From positions 57,846,001 through 57,910,000 of the forward strand of contig NC_042997.1 of assembly GCF_006345805.1 (NCBI RefSeq): a DNA stretch of 64,000 nt, read 5' to 3'. Each line of letters begins with the position of its first letter. The stretch's first letter is position 1. This document shows positions 1 through 12,614 of this stretch, in pieces. Source of the stretch: Octopus sinensis (Eukaryota). The notes beneath the pieces were generated by a model. That model was not told the origin of the DNA. It did no database searches and saw nothing but the letters and a program-made list of their open reading frames with translations. A program made the translations under genes and the position numbers.

Positions 1-669
1 GATTGATCTTGTTTTATAGATAGTTTATTTCTCCATATTATATAATGAAATACCGTGCTGACATAGGAAATATGTACATTTTCTCCCTTTTATTGTGTTA
101 CAGAAATAAAAATTCTTTGTACCAGCCACAAATTGATGCATTAAAAATAATACTGTATGTTGAGTGTATTTCCAGGTGAAAACTGGGCCTTGCTTATACA
201 GGAACTGAACATTTTTTAAACTCATTATAAATGTATTGAAATGCATTTTCATCTTACAGTATTTCCCTTATTACCTTTTAATTTATAAATAAAGATTTTT
301 AGTTCAAATCCAGTCAGGGACTAAGCACACATTTAAGAATAACTCAACAGATGACAGGAAGGAATACACATTGAAATTAGGGTATGCTTCTTCTCCAAAT
401 TGAGATTGATAATTTGTAAAATTACAATCTTTTAGAAACAATATGTTAGTGTGATATTTCATTTATGGAGCTGACATCTCACTGTGATATTTTGGTGATG
501 CCAGTGTGTAGATGGGTTAAAATCTTGACAAATATGTACATAGGAAGATGTTCTTGGTCACTTTTTCCACATATACATATTTATAAATATGTATGCACAC
601 ACACACACACATACACACACACACACACACCTGAGTTTATATGATTGTGTACAGAAGAATATATTAATG

Positions 670-903
670 ATTTTCATGTTTTATTATTTACAGTTTTTAC
701 AATTTTACGATCTTGGAATAAACTAGTACTTTCATGCATTATGCAACCACCAGGTTTATGGCAGTGGCAGTAATGTTCCACAATTAAGACAGTTGTCAAT
801 TATGGAACTAGACTGTTACTGTATAAACCTGATGGTTGCATATTGCATGAAAGTAGTAGTTTATTTCAATATTGTAAAATTGTAAATAATAAAACATGAA
901 AAT
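670..903. mobile_element. Foldback palindromic element (MITE-like)
   Basis: The left arm ATTTTCATGTTTTATTATTTACA...TACTTTCATGCATTATGCAACCACCAGGTTTAT is the reverse complement of the right arm, with pairing almost to the centre (~790). Confidence 0.75.
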
Positions 904-947
904 CAGACTAACTTGGAATTTCATTGATTAGTGTGTGTGTGTGTGTG

Positions 948-1357
948 TTTACTCTTTTACTTGTTTCAGTCATGTGACTGTGGCCATGCTGGAGCACCAC
1001 CTGTAGTCGAGCAAATCGACCCCAGGACTTATTCTTTGTAAGCCTAGTACTTATTCTATCAGTCTCTTTGCCGAACTGCTAAGTTACGGGGATTTAAACA
1101 CACCAGCATCGGATGTCAAGCGATGTGGGGGGGGGGGCACAGACACACAAACATGTATACACACACATATATATATATATATACATATATATACGACGGG
1201 CTTCTTTCAGTTTCCGTCTACCAAATCCACTCACAAGGCTTTGGTCGGCCCGAGGCAATAGTAGAAGACACTTACCCAAGGTGCCACGTAGTGGGACTGA
1301 ACCCAGAACCATGTGTTTCATAAGCAAGCTACTTACCACACAGCCACTCCCACACCT
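948..1357 (-). mobile_element. tRNA-derived SINE with internal microsatellite
   Basis: Reverse-complement copy of the family at 42783-43187 (A/B-box head, TA/CA tract, AAGAGTAAA tail). Confidence 0.85.
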
Positions 1358-1655
1358 ATGGGTGTATTATCTACACATAATACATTTGCATCTATGCATA
1401 CTCAAATAAACAATAGTTTCTAGTTGCTAGTCTTTCACACCAAACACCAAACATAGTATATGTCACGTTGCTAACATCATGGGATATATCTTGTTGCATT
1501 TGTTCATCATATTGAGCAAGTTTCTTGCTATTCAACCTCAGACCAACCCTGATCAAACAACCCTATGACAATCTCATCATATTATTTTCAGCTTTAGTAC
1601 ATGGTGGACCAAAAGTCACACACCAAAACATTTGACATTTTGTTTATATTACAGT

Positions 1656-1950
1656 CATCATCATTTAACGTCCGCTTTCCATGCTACCATGGGTTGGATG
1701 ATTTGACTGAGGTCTGGTGAACCAGACTCCAATCTGATCTGGCAGAGTTTCTACAGCTGGATGCCCTTCCTAATGCCAACCACTCCGAGAGTGTAGTGGG
1801 TACTTTTACGAGCCACCGGCACGAGGGCCAGTTTGGTGGTACTGGCAACGGCCATGCCCAAATGGTGCTTTTTATGTGCCAACTGCACAGGAGCCAGTCC
1901 AGCATATTTCACATGCCACCAGCACAAGTGCTAGTAAGGCGATGTGGTAA
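1656..1950 (-). mobile_element. Short element sharing the RTE LINE 3' end, with (CAT)n tail
   Basis: CATCATCATTTAACGTCCGCTTTCCATGCTA...CTGGATGCCCTTCCTAATGCCAACCAC matches the reverse complement of 30300-30475. Confidence 0.8.
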
Positions 1951-2700
1951 TGATCAAAAACAGTAGGCTTTCCCATCCACGTGGGACTCGAGCCTTCACC
2001 TCTTTGCCATAACGACAAGTATGTTAGCATTTCATTTTATTTATCATGTATAATTATGTGTGTATTCATCGTTATTTTATCTATTTTATTCAATTTTAGA
2101 AGAATTGATGCATGTCTTTGACAATTCTGGAATGTATTGAACTTATTTTGTGTGTGACTTTTGACTCACTCTGTATATCTAAAAATGACTTATCCAATGT
2201 GTTCCCTTTTGTTTTAGATGGCTGGATGTGAGGTTCAGTGAAACTTGTCTTTGCTGGTCTCATTTATGCAATGTTGCTAATGATATGGATGTCTCTTTCT
2301 ATTTAATGTGAATTGATCTGTAGCTAATTATGATATGTAGATACTGGCCATAGAGTTACTGGCACTCTAGGTGAGCTGCTGAATTTTGGTACCATTACAA
2401 GTATAATTATAAAACTGCAAATGAAGAAATCCAGGTTGTTTAATATTTTCACATTTTTTCCCTTTGTATTTTTCGGAAGATCTGAAACACATAATGTGGT
2501 GAGTCTTAGCAAAATGTTTGTTATAGGCAGGGGTTGTGAAAGAGGGCAGGGAAATTGTCCGACACCATAGCAAAGAAAAAAGAATTATAAAGATGAGAAA
2601 TCTATTTTGTCTTAACACTGATAGTGAGAGTAGAGGATCAAAAAAGTTTCTCCTTTTTCTTTTTTTTTTTTTTTTTGTGGCATTTGGTATTTGACAGTTT

Positions 2701-3085
2701 GGAGGCGCATGGTTAGGGCAGCGGACTCGCGGTCATAGCATCGTGGTTTCGATTCCCAGACCGGGCGTTGTGAGTGTTTATTGAGCGAAAACACCTAAAG
2801 CTCCACGAGGCTCTGGCAGGGGATGGTGGTGATCCCTGCTGTACTCTTTCACCACAACTTTCTCTCACTCTTACTTCCTGTTTCTGTTGTACCTGTATTT
2901 CAAAGGGCCGGCCTTGTCACTCTCTGTGTCACGCTGAATATCCCCGAGAACTACGTTAAGGGTACACGTGTCTGTGGAGTGCTCAGCCACTTACACGTTA
3001 ATTTCACGAGCAGGCTGTTCTGTTGATTCAGATCAACCGGAACCCTCGTCGTCATAACCGACGGAGTGCTTCCATCCATCCATTT
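2701..3085 (+). mobile_element. tRNA-derived SINE, second family
   Basis: Head GGAGGCGCATGGTTAGGGCAGCGGACTCGCGGTCATAGCATCGTGGTTTCGATTCCC, CpG-rich, directly after a T-run. Confidence 0.65.
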
Positions 3086-3769
3086 GACAGTTTAAGATGC
3101 CCTGGCCTTGTATTCAGTATCCTGGGCAACCACTTCAGTTATCAACACTTTCAGTGTGGTATGTTGTCTTGTTATTTACATATATTGTATCGTGCTTGTA
3201 TTAATGTGCATCTAGGAATACATTACCTAACATATTCTTCCCTTTATAACACAGTAGGATGGGATTTGGGAGGAGATTTGACTGTTATTTCTAACAGACT
3301 GAATAATTATTTACAGGTTCTATCATTTTTCCATTTTTAACATGTGCTGTGTTGTGCTGTCATTAACAATAGATATATTCTGATGTTAATAATGAAGATT
3401 ATGTAGTCTTAGTTGACTTCTGCCCTATTTTATCACTGTTGGCATGACAGATTTGTTGTTACCTAGATGTAAGTCTGGTCTTGTTGTTATGTTTGTCTCT
3501 CACAACAATTGATGGATGGAAAATATATTGTTCTTTTAGTCCAGGTTGTCCTTGAACCAGCATACCAAAAGTGTTCTGTGATAACCTCTATTTTTGTATA
3601 TCAGGGACTACATTGTTCAGTGTATCCTTAATATAAGATAATTGGATATGATTTAAAAGACATTTGGCTGTTATTTCTAGTAGATGGAACAACTATATAA
3701 ATGCTCCTTTGTTAGTGCATAGTGTTGGCTTTGATGAGGGATTTGTTCGGTTGCTGTTACAAGGTAAAT

Positions 3770-5820
3770 AATTCACAAAAATATACAATAACTAGTTCAA
3801 CAAGGAACATTTATATAACATAATGGCCTGTAACTTAAGGAGTATTCTAACTCATTGTAGTGTTATAGTCTTTCCTGTCTTCTCAACCACCTACTACAAA
3901 CTATTTGGCCACATATTCTGCTATATATACACAGAAGAAGAGTTCATTTGTATTAAGTTTCCTATTTTTCTATAACAGTCACCTCTCCCTGAGGTGTAAG
4001 GGACCCTTTCATTACTGATTTGATCCTGTTTCATTTGTTGTCTGTGTCACCATCAACACAGGTACTTCTAAGACCAGGAAAGACACCAGCACTATAATAG
4101 ACACCATTGCTATCATTTCTTCTTTGTTTCAAGAGGTTCAATTTAAGTCTGCTTTGGTTTGTATTATTCAAAGTTCCAATGCCATTCTTTGTAACAAGAC
4201 CAGTGTTGCTTCCAACTTGTATCACCAAATTTGCAATTCTAGTGTTGAACTATTATATGTTCTTTTTCAAAATATCTGCTCTTCTGTGAAATAAGACACA
4301 GTCAAAGGTGCATGAATCTGACAATCATCAAAGCAGGACTCAGAATAGCTGAGCGATAGCTAAAGCAGAAACGACTAAAATTTTAATTGTTTGAACCATT
4401 TTATTGTGGATGAGTTGGGAGCAGTTTATAAAGGATACAACCAGTTTTTGTCTCCAGGAGTTATGAAATTCTGGGACATTATCCAAAATTAAAAACCTAC
4501 AAAATTCAAAATATGAAGGATGTATATTTTCTTTCAATTCAATACTTACAATTTTTAAGTATGGTATCTTCAACATCATCTACAATAGAGTCAATTAATC
4601 TTGGCTTTCGGTATTTAGTTTTTCAGTTTCAGCGAGACCATGATTTTTATTGTTTGTAGACTATATAAATATAAAGACAAAGTTTTAATCTTTGATTGAT
4701 AAAACTGGCAAAGTTGTAGATGGTTTTTAAGAAGCTTTGGTTTACCAATGAGTATTTAAAAGCTCTTTAGAATTAAGTAAACCTTGCTACCAGTATCTTC
4801 TGGCATATCTAATCTGACATTATTCAGTTTAACTTGCAGTAAGATGGTTCTTTAATTGCCTTTTAGTGTACATACATTAATTTTTATGTCAGATACATCC
4901 TCCTCAATTTGTTCCGCATATTCTACACTCCTTTTTAAAGCTATAAACTAACTGAAAGTGGTTCTTTTTGTTGTACAATTTACCTATCTTTTTAAGTGTA
5001 GGACATTTCCATTTGATAAACACATTATTATAACCACAAACTTTGCAATTAGAAAATTTATCCATTTTAGTTATGTGGTAGACATCAACTATAGGCTCTG
5101 TTTCATAAGAAATGTCAACTTTGTTAAAATGCTATATCATTTTCTGTTGTTATATAAAGTTCACATAAGCATTGAAACTTATTTCTCAAATATAGATGCT
5201 GCAACAGCCTTGTTCTGTGTGATGTCTGATACACTCTCTCAATGAGTCTCATTTGTATTAGTTCATTTTTAGTACTTCACTTAATTTGATCAAGCTTATC
5301 AAGCTCACAAAAGCAAAAATTTCAAAAGGGGTACCAATGTTTGATGCAGAGACATAAACTTGGTTCATTTGGCAGTGATCAACTTCTTTTTAGGCCCAGC
5401 ATTATTACAGTCTGATAACTGTCACTGAAACAATTCTTCCAGTTGCATTAGATAGATCATTAACATTACCTTTAATATAATGTCATTATCAGTCTTAATA
5501 AGTATAAGTCTGTGATCTCCTTTGGACCACCAAGTACATTATTATCTTTCAATTACTTTGTTCACAAGATGGCTGCAAAATATCTTAACTCTGCTTCAAC
5601 AAGGTCAGAATTAATCAACACCAATCTGAAATGGTATCAATGACACCACTTGTTACATGGTGAATAACTCACAAAGATACATTTATATAACAAATAAGTG
5701 ATAATATGTAACTGAAGGTTGAATATAATTTCATTGACTGTTGAAAATTCAGAGACACTTTGACTCATCAAGCTGTAGTCACTCCTGTCTGTTCATCCAC
5801 TTCCTACACATATTTTGCTC
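3770..5820 (-). mobile_element. Highly decayed Gypsy-like LTR retrotransposon remnant
   Basis: The minus strand near 4780-4840 translates LQVKLNNVRLDMPEDTGSKV (aspartic protease DTG). A decayed Zn-knuckle-like segment lies near 4950-5010. There is weak similarity between 3770-3900 and 5655-5810 (possible LTRs). Confidence 0.4.
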
Positions 5821-5827
5821 TATATAT

Positions 5828-5982
5828 ATCATCATCATCATCATCATTTAGCGTCTGTTTTCCATGCTAGCATGGGTTGGACGGTTTAACTGGGGTCTGT
5901 GAAGCCGGAAGGCTTCATCAGGCCCAGTCAGATTTGGCAGTGTTTCTACGGCTGGATGCCCTTCCTAACGCCAACCACTCCG
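5828..5982 (-). mobile_element. RTE 3'-end copy with (CAT)n tail
   Basis: Near-identical to the reverse complement of 30320-30475. Confidence 0.85.
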
Positions 5983-6235
5983 TATATATTATATATATGT
6001 ATATATATAATGTGTGTATATATATATATATACATACATGTATGTATAAGAAGAGGAATTTATTCATTCTGCTTCATATTTCCCTATAACATCTTCACAG
6101 TTGCTCTTGTGGGATTTATAAATTAACTATTATATGAGCTACATAATGTTTTTATTGATTGTTGCCGTATCCTATTAATATTGATGTAATTTCTGTTGTG
6201 TTGCTATTATATAGGTTTTGTTCTGCTGGTTTTAA

Positions 6236-6905
6236 TATACTGAGTTGGCCAAAAAGTCCATTTAGTTTTTTTTTTTTGGTGAAAATAAAACAAGTTTCAA
6301 ACACAGTGATTTATTCAGTCAATGATACAATTAACATTTTGTTCCAGTATCTTCTGCCATTGTGTAGGCAGATCCATTATTCTCTGCTCAAAAAATTTTC
6401 TGGTTTTCCTGGCAAAAGACTCTTCCAAGCGAATTTTTACATCCTCTTCAGATTTGAAGGTCTGTTCATTGAATGAATTTTGAAAAGACTGAAACAGGTA
6501 GAAATCTGAAAATGCAAGGTTGGGTGAATATGGTGTGGCAAAACTTCCCAGCCAAGCTCTAGTAACTTCTGTTTCTGCAAAGAGGTGTGTAGTCAGGCAT
6601 TGTCATGAGGAGAGACAATGCTCTTATGATTAGCAAGCGCTGGATGCTTCTGGTGGATTGCTGCATTTAATTTGTCTGATTGGTTCACAGTACACATCCA
6701 AATTGATGGTCCTGTCCATGGGAAGAAGCTTGTAAAAGACAACACCCTTCCAATCCCACCAAATTGAAAGCATAAACTTTAGGTCAAGTCCTGCTTTGGA
6801 GTTTGTTTGTGATGGTTTGCTGTGCTTCCCCAATGATCATTTGCACTTCACATTGTTATAGACAATCTATTTTTCATCTGACACCATTGTCTTAAAAAAA
6901 AAAGA
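6236..6905 (-). mobile_element. Mariner transposase remnant with one terminal inverted repeat
   Basis: ORF 6630-6833 contains MLSIWWDWKGVVFYKLLP...TINLDVYC, continuing as decayed HDNA...LGWEVLPH. TATACTGAGTTGGCCAAAAAG terminus at 6236. Confidence 0.8.
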
Positions 6906-6949
6906 ATTGTCTTTTTTCACATTTTCATAATGAATTGCAGATGGGAATC

Positions 6950-8195
6950 CATTGGGTGAGGTTAGCTTCATTCAATTGTTGAGGGTCCCAAACATCAAGC
7001 CTACTGACATAACCAAGTTGATGCAGTGGCTTAGGCTGAGGATAGGGAAGGTGGGGTTGGATTGTGTAAGAGAGTGGGGTTACAAGGAAGGGTGACGATG
7101 AAGGAGGAAGGGAGGTGGGTAGGAGAGAAGAGAGAAGGAGAGTAGGAGTGAAGAGAAGAAGTAGGAGTTGGAACAAGTGAGAGGTGGGTGGGAGGAAGTA
7201 GGTGTGAGGGGGAGAGAGGGGAGGAGAGTTGAGCCCATGTGGTGCAAAGGAGCAAAGATAGAAGATTAATCCCTGTTCATGGCACAAACACAGACAGGTA
7301 GAGCGGAAATGGCACGAGACTGGGGTGTCATTGCTGAGTTGGATGTCTCAGAGGTGTTCCGCAAACCGGTCAGCCAAGCGGCGTCCTGTTTGCCCAATGT
7401 ATAGAGAAGGGCAGAGAGAGCAGAAGATACAGTAGATGACATTGGTAGAAGTGCAGGTGAAGGAGTTGGTAATGTGATATATATATGCTGGTGAGGAGGG
7501 CGGTGTTGGAGAGGTAAAGGCAAGTGCAGCAGCGTGGGCAGGAGCAGGAGAATGAGCTGGGTTGGGAGGTTGGGTTAGGGAAGAAGCTGTGGACCAAGAG
7601 GTCTAGTAGGTTGTGGGCTTGTTTGAATGAGGGGAGGGGTTGGTTAGGGAAGATGTGCAAAGTGGCGGAGTCACCGGAAGGCTCAGAGAATGGTGTGTTG
7701 GAGAGGTAGGGTGGTGGGGTGGTAGGTGAAGGGAAACAGGAGATGGTGGGGTAGGTGTGGGGGAGACAGCAGATGCACAATCCATGGAATGTACTCAGTA
7801 TGGATAGTGGTGAGGGGATATCCATGTAGGGTGAAGTGGCGAGCCATGAGTTGAGATTGAGTCTCAATGTCATGGTCATCACTAAAGAGTCTGCATAGAT
7901 GGAGGAATTGGGAAAGCTTGGTGTGCTTAGGGTGGGAGGAGAAGAAGTTGAGGTGTGAGTGTGTGTTTGTAGTAGATGGAGGAGGTGAGAGTGGAGTGAT
8001 GAATGCTGACCAAAATGTCAAGAAAGGAGACAGAGGTGTCAGAGATAGTGCAGGAGAAGTGGGGGGCAAGATGAAAAGATTTGACAAGGAGTCTAGATGT
8101 TCGTGGGGCGTGACGTTGCACTGATACAGTCTCCAATATAATAGTCATATAGTTCGGGAGTGGGACCAGTGAAACTTGAGAATATTTGGGCCTCA
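6950..8195 (-). mobile_element. Penelope-like element fragment (RT C-terminus plus GIY-YIG endonuclease), decayed
   Basis: Minus frames give TISDTSVSFLDI, HSHLNFFSSHPKHTKLSQFLHLCRL (RT thumb), CPRCCTC, and at 7330-7480 FTCTSTNVIYCIFCSLCPSLYIGQTGRRLADRFAEHL* (GIY-YIG). Confidence 0.85.
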
Positions 8196-8221
<26 letters not shown>

Positions 8222-8226
<5 letters not shown>

Positions 8227-8367
8227 TGTATAGAGGGCATTATTACACATAAATGCCTCACATTTTGAAGAACTGCATTAGGTATGATTAGTGTAATTTT
8301 GGTACTAATGACTTTGTCCCTCTTAGTGTGAGGCATTTATGTGTAATAATGCCTTCTATACAATATA
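8222..8367. repeat. Inverted-repeat element with 41-bp arms, adjacent to (TA)n
   Basis: TATATTGTATAGAGGGCATTATTACACATAAATGCCTCACA (8222-8262) pairs with 8327-8367 with one mismatch. Confidence 0.85.
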
Positions 8368-8493
8368 AATATAATTAATTTGTTCAAAAGGAAAATAATT
8401 ATTTTCGAATTCTTTTCTCTTATGAGGTTTTTCACGCTAACTACCTGATAATTTCTTGTTAAGATACCTTATTAAGAAGTTATCCTTAATTGT

Positions 8494-8562
<69 letters not shown>

Positions 8563-8656
8563 TTACGTACAAACATACCCATAGATACATACATATTTCA
8601 TGTGTTGAGAAGGGTGTATTATTGCAGCAGTTCATATTATTCTTTGTATATAATTA

Positions 8657-10273
8657 CTAGCAGAGATACCCAGCATTGACTGTGTTACATGCAATTGAAG
8701 AATTAGACTTTTCTGTTATATTTTCTCTAATGAACTGGAATACCTATGATTCGAATTTCATCAAAATTGCAGATGAGGGTTCTTTCCTTCTTTACACACC
8801 CTAAAAAAATTCTAATCATGACACATGTATCCCATACTACTGATCTTTATGCGCAGAATCCAAAATTCCAGTCTTATGGAACCTGTTAAAAGGATTTTGC
8901 TCCTGAAAAAATGGATGCCATGGAGCTCTAAAACGTGGGAGTTGTGTGTCTTAATGTCAACCAGAGAAGTTGAATTGTTGGAATCTTTTTAACTTGGGTC
9001 TTATATGTCTTGTTCGAATTCCTTTGAAATAGGAAATATATGTATGTTCACTGGATTTGTAAAAGAGAGCAAAGCTACAGGAAACCAAAAGATGAATGAT
9101 CACAATAAGCAGTCAGCTACCCTACGCTAGTTGTTACTACTCCCCAATGCAGGATTCCTTACCATACAGGTGACAGGTACAGCCGTAACATGCATTACAG
9201 ATCTGTAGCAATTGGAAGGGCATGATCCAACTCAAACATTAACATTTGTGTGACATGATGGCTAAGGGGAAGTGAAAGTGTCACATCTGGAGTTTGCAAA
9301 TGACCACTAAACTGATAGGTAACTGGACAGAATAAATTTACAATCTGCAAATGTCTTTCAATAACCAGTCTCTCATCTCGGAAGGCCTTGAAATGAATGT
9401 TACCACCGGGAGACTATGTGTGACCCAGTGATAATAAAAAGACTCAAAGGAGGTCTGCAACCAAATAACTTTACTCAACACTTTGCAACTGAATCAGTGG
9501 AGGCAAAGATGCTTCTCACTTGACAATTTATGCACCACATTGCAGAATGTGTATATCTCAAAGCAAACTCTTACACTGTTATACCACTGAATTACAAATA
9601 ATGCTCATCTTTTATGCTTGGGTGACCCTATAGCTTAGATAAAAATGACTAAATTGTGGATGTTAAGTCCCCAAGAACTTTTTAACTTCTAAGAAGATAA
9701 AATTTTATAAATATTACTTCATTTGTGTCTAATATCTATAGTTAAAATTTCATCAACAGCAAAAATATATGAATTTTCATGGGGGTTATGGCCCTTATGC
9801 ATAGAATATAATTTCCAAATTTCATAAATATCCATTCAGTACATTTAACCTTGTTTTGGATCATAAAAAATGACTAAAATTTGGGAGCCAAGGCTCCCAT
9901 TAGGAGATCTTAGAATCATCATGAGAAGTGGAAACTTTGAGAATACTTCTTGATGTGTGTCAATTACCCATGGTTGAAATTTCATCAACATCGAAAATTT
10001 ATGAATTTTCATGGGGTTCTGCCCCCATTAAGCCATCTCAAATTCAAACCAAACATACTGCATTATACCCACCTTTATGCATTGAATCTAAGTTCCAAAT
10101 ATCATAAGGATCCATTCAGCAATTTTGGTCCAAGAAATTGTATGAAACTCACAGGATTACCCTTCTCACTAGGCTTGGATTTTGTGTTCCAAATTTCATT
10201 AGGACCGGCGTAGTTTTTGAATATATAAATAACACACAAACACACATAAAGACATTGACTTTTATATAATAGA
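8657..10273 (-). mobile_element. Non-autonomous Helitron-like element, ~1.6 kb
   Basis: On the minus strand it begins A|TCTATTATATAAAAG (10273) and ends with a decayed hairpin (CAATGCTGGGT) then CTAG|T (8657). Internal repeated AAATTTCAT motifs; no TSD. Confidence 0.65.
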
Positions 10274-10311
10274 TATGAATATACACATATGCGTACATGT
10301 ATATGTGTGTG

Positions 10312-10355
<44 letters not shown>

Positions 10356-10968
10356 ATTATATATAAATATATATATATATATACATATACACATATACAC
10401 ACACAAAAAGATAGATTGATAGATGCAACTGAGTGGGCAAACAATATGAGACACTGCCTAGTGCTTTTTTTTTATTTTGATAAGCCTGGTACTTATTCTC
10501 TCAATTTCTTCTTGTGAAACCAGTAAGTTATGGGGATGTAAATAAACGAACAACAGTTGTGAGTCAATTATGAGGGAGAAACTCAGAGACAAAGACACAC
10601 ACATACACTTACATATATACATACATATACGATTGATTTCTTTCAGTTTCTGTCTACAAAATCTCCTCACAAGGCTTTGGTTGGTCTGAGGCTATAGCAG
10701 AAGACACATGCCAAGTCACCACACAGTGGTACTGAACCCCGGATCATGTGTTTTGGAACCAAGTTTCTTACCACACAGCCACACCTGCACCTATGTATAT
10801 GTGTGTGTATGTATGTGTGTGCATGGGTGTATATATGTGTACATATTACATGTACATCTATATATATACATCTGCACATACATCTATATCTATATACATA
10901 CATCTATACATATACAGCTATCCATATACATGTATGCATATACATCTATATATATATATATACATGTA

Positions 10969-11210
10969 TACATATAAGAGGAATGGCCACTAAGTGGACG
11001 TTCATTATACTAGAAGTAGACCCCATATGGTTTGACCACTAAGAAAAGATTGTTCTCAAGAAAATTCAGCATACATATATACATACACATATATAATATA
11101 TATGTATTGCTGAATTTTCTTGAGAACAATCTTTTCTTAGTGGTCAGACCATATGGGGCCTACCTCTAGCATAATGGATGTCTACTTAGTGGTCATCGCT
11201 CTTATATGTA
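10969..11210. repeat. Palindromic element with ~110-bp arms and a TA-rich loop
   Basis: TACATATAAGAG...GACCACTAAGAAAAGATTGTTCTCAAGAAAATTCAGCA is mirrored at 11098-11210. Confidence 0.88.
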
Positions 11211-11379
11211 TGTAATATAATTTTTCTGAATCTTCAGATTTTTCAATATGCGAGGCCACTGTTTTAAATTGATACTAAATCAAATCAATATTCAGTTTTT
11301 CACCCTTATTATTTAAATTTATATACATGTATATATACACATCTATACACACACACACACATATACACATCTATATATA

Positions 11380-11530
11380 ATCATCATCATCATTTAACGT
11401 CCGCTTTCCATGCTAGCATGGGTTGGATGATTTGACTGAAGACTGGTGAACCAGATGGCTGCACCAGGCTCCAATCTAGATCTGGCAGAATTTCTACAGC
11501 TGGATGCCTTTCCTAACGCCAACCACTCTG
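11380..11530 (-). mobile_element. RTE 3'-end copy
   Basis: CATCATCATCATTTAACGTCCGCTTTCCATGCTAGCATGGGTTGG. Confidence 0.8.
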
Positions 11531-11531
11531 A

Positions 11532-11569
<38 letters not shown>

Positions 11570-11633
11570 CTATATCTATATATATATATATATACTTTTT
11601 TCTCTCCTTCTTTCTGTGCTTTTTCTCTGTGTA

Positions 11634-11671
11634 TCTTTCTGTTGAAGAGCGTAGGCTCGAAACATTAAAGA
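11634..11671 (+). ncRNA. Degenerate minimal hammerhead motif
   Basis: TCTTT-CTGTTGA-A-GAGC-GTAG-GCTC-GAA-ACAT-T-AAAGA. Stems I and II pair, but the core has A6>T and stem III has ACGT>ACAT. Confidence 0.55.
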
Positions 11672-12029
11672 CTTGTTTTATTTATATTTCCTGAGCGCCA
11701 TACTAATACAATTGTTTGTTTGTATTCCACCTGCCTTCGTCTTTTGTTTATTTCCGTAAACCTGCCTTCGTCTTTTGTCTATTTTCATAAAGCTTCCCGT
11801 TATATATACACATATATATACAAGCATACATAACATATATATATTATAGTATGTATGTATGTATGTATGTATGTCTGCCTGTATATATGTGAGATAATAG
11901 TTTCAGTATTAAAGTGAAAATATCTGACATTACAATAGAGAGATGTTATTGTTTCACTTTTGATACGTAATACTGGAATAGTGGAGGAGATATGATTTTG
12001 CTCTGGGCTCGCACTAGGCAAGAAGATAA

Positions 12030-12170
12030 AAAATTTTTGGTCTATGACACTACATGGACCCTAAGTAAGGCATGTGTAAAATTTGAATGAAATTGGTTGT
12101 GTAGTTCTCAAGTTTTAGGGATTCACACAGACACACAGACAGACACATTCTCATCTTTATATATATAGAT
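12030..12170 (-). mobile_element. Helitron-like 5'-end fragment
   Basis: Minus strand A|TCTATATATATAAAGATGAGAATGTGTCTGTCTGTGTG...CAACCAATTTCATTCAAATT resembles the 5' ends of the other Helitron-like elements here. Confidence 0.45.
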
Positions 12171-12614
12171 TTATATATAGAGATAATAATTATACACAAA
12201 CATATATACATATTCATATAAACATGTGATATGTTTTCTGTTGAGGGCTTTAGACAAAAGTCCACAATAAGTGGGTTAGAATTTATATCAATACTTGTGA
12301 TATTAGTTGGTACTACAAGTTGTAAATTTCCAGGTATTAATCAATATACTTTATTATTTTCCGTTAGTTTTTGTTTATCGAGTAGCTGAAATCCTGCGGG
12401 AAGTTGGGAGGGGGTTTCGGTCAGTCCCGTAGTTTAATTGGTTATCTGTTGTTTTGAAAGGCCATGACTTTGTTATGGTTGGTTAATAGATAACCGTTAA
12501 CATAAAACAAATTAGGAAAATATATATATATAGATAGATAAAACAAAAACAAAAGTGGTTGAATTCATATATATATATATGAATTATAGGTTAAGTGATA
12601 TTACTAAGGGGATA

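Noticed and set aside
3735-3765. ATG...AAG|GTAAAT (MRDLFGCCYK) as first exon of the adaptor
   Set aside because: Phase 0 fits, but the peptide lacks the expected first PH strand (ExG-Y/F-L) and it borders a TE remnant; unsupported.
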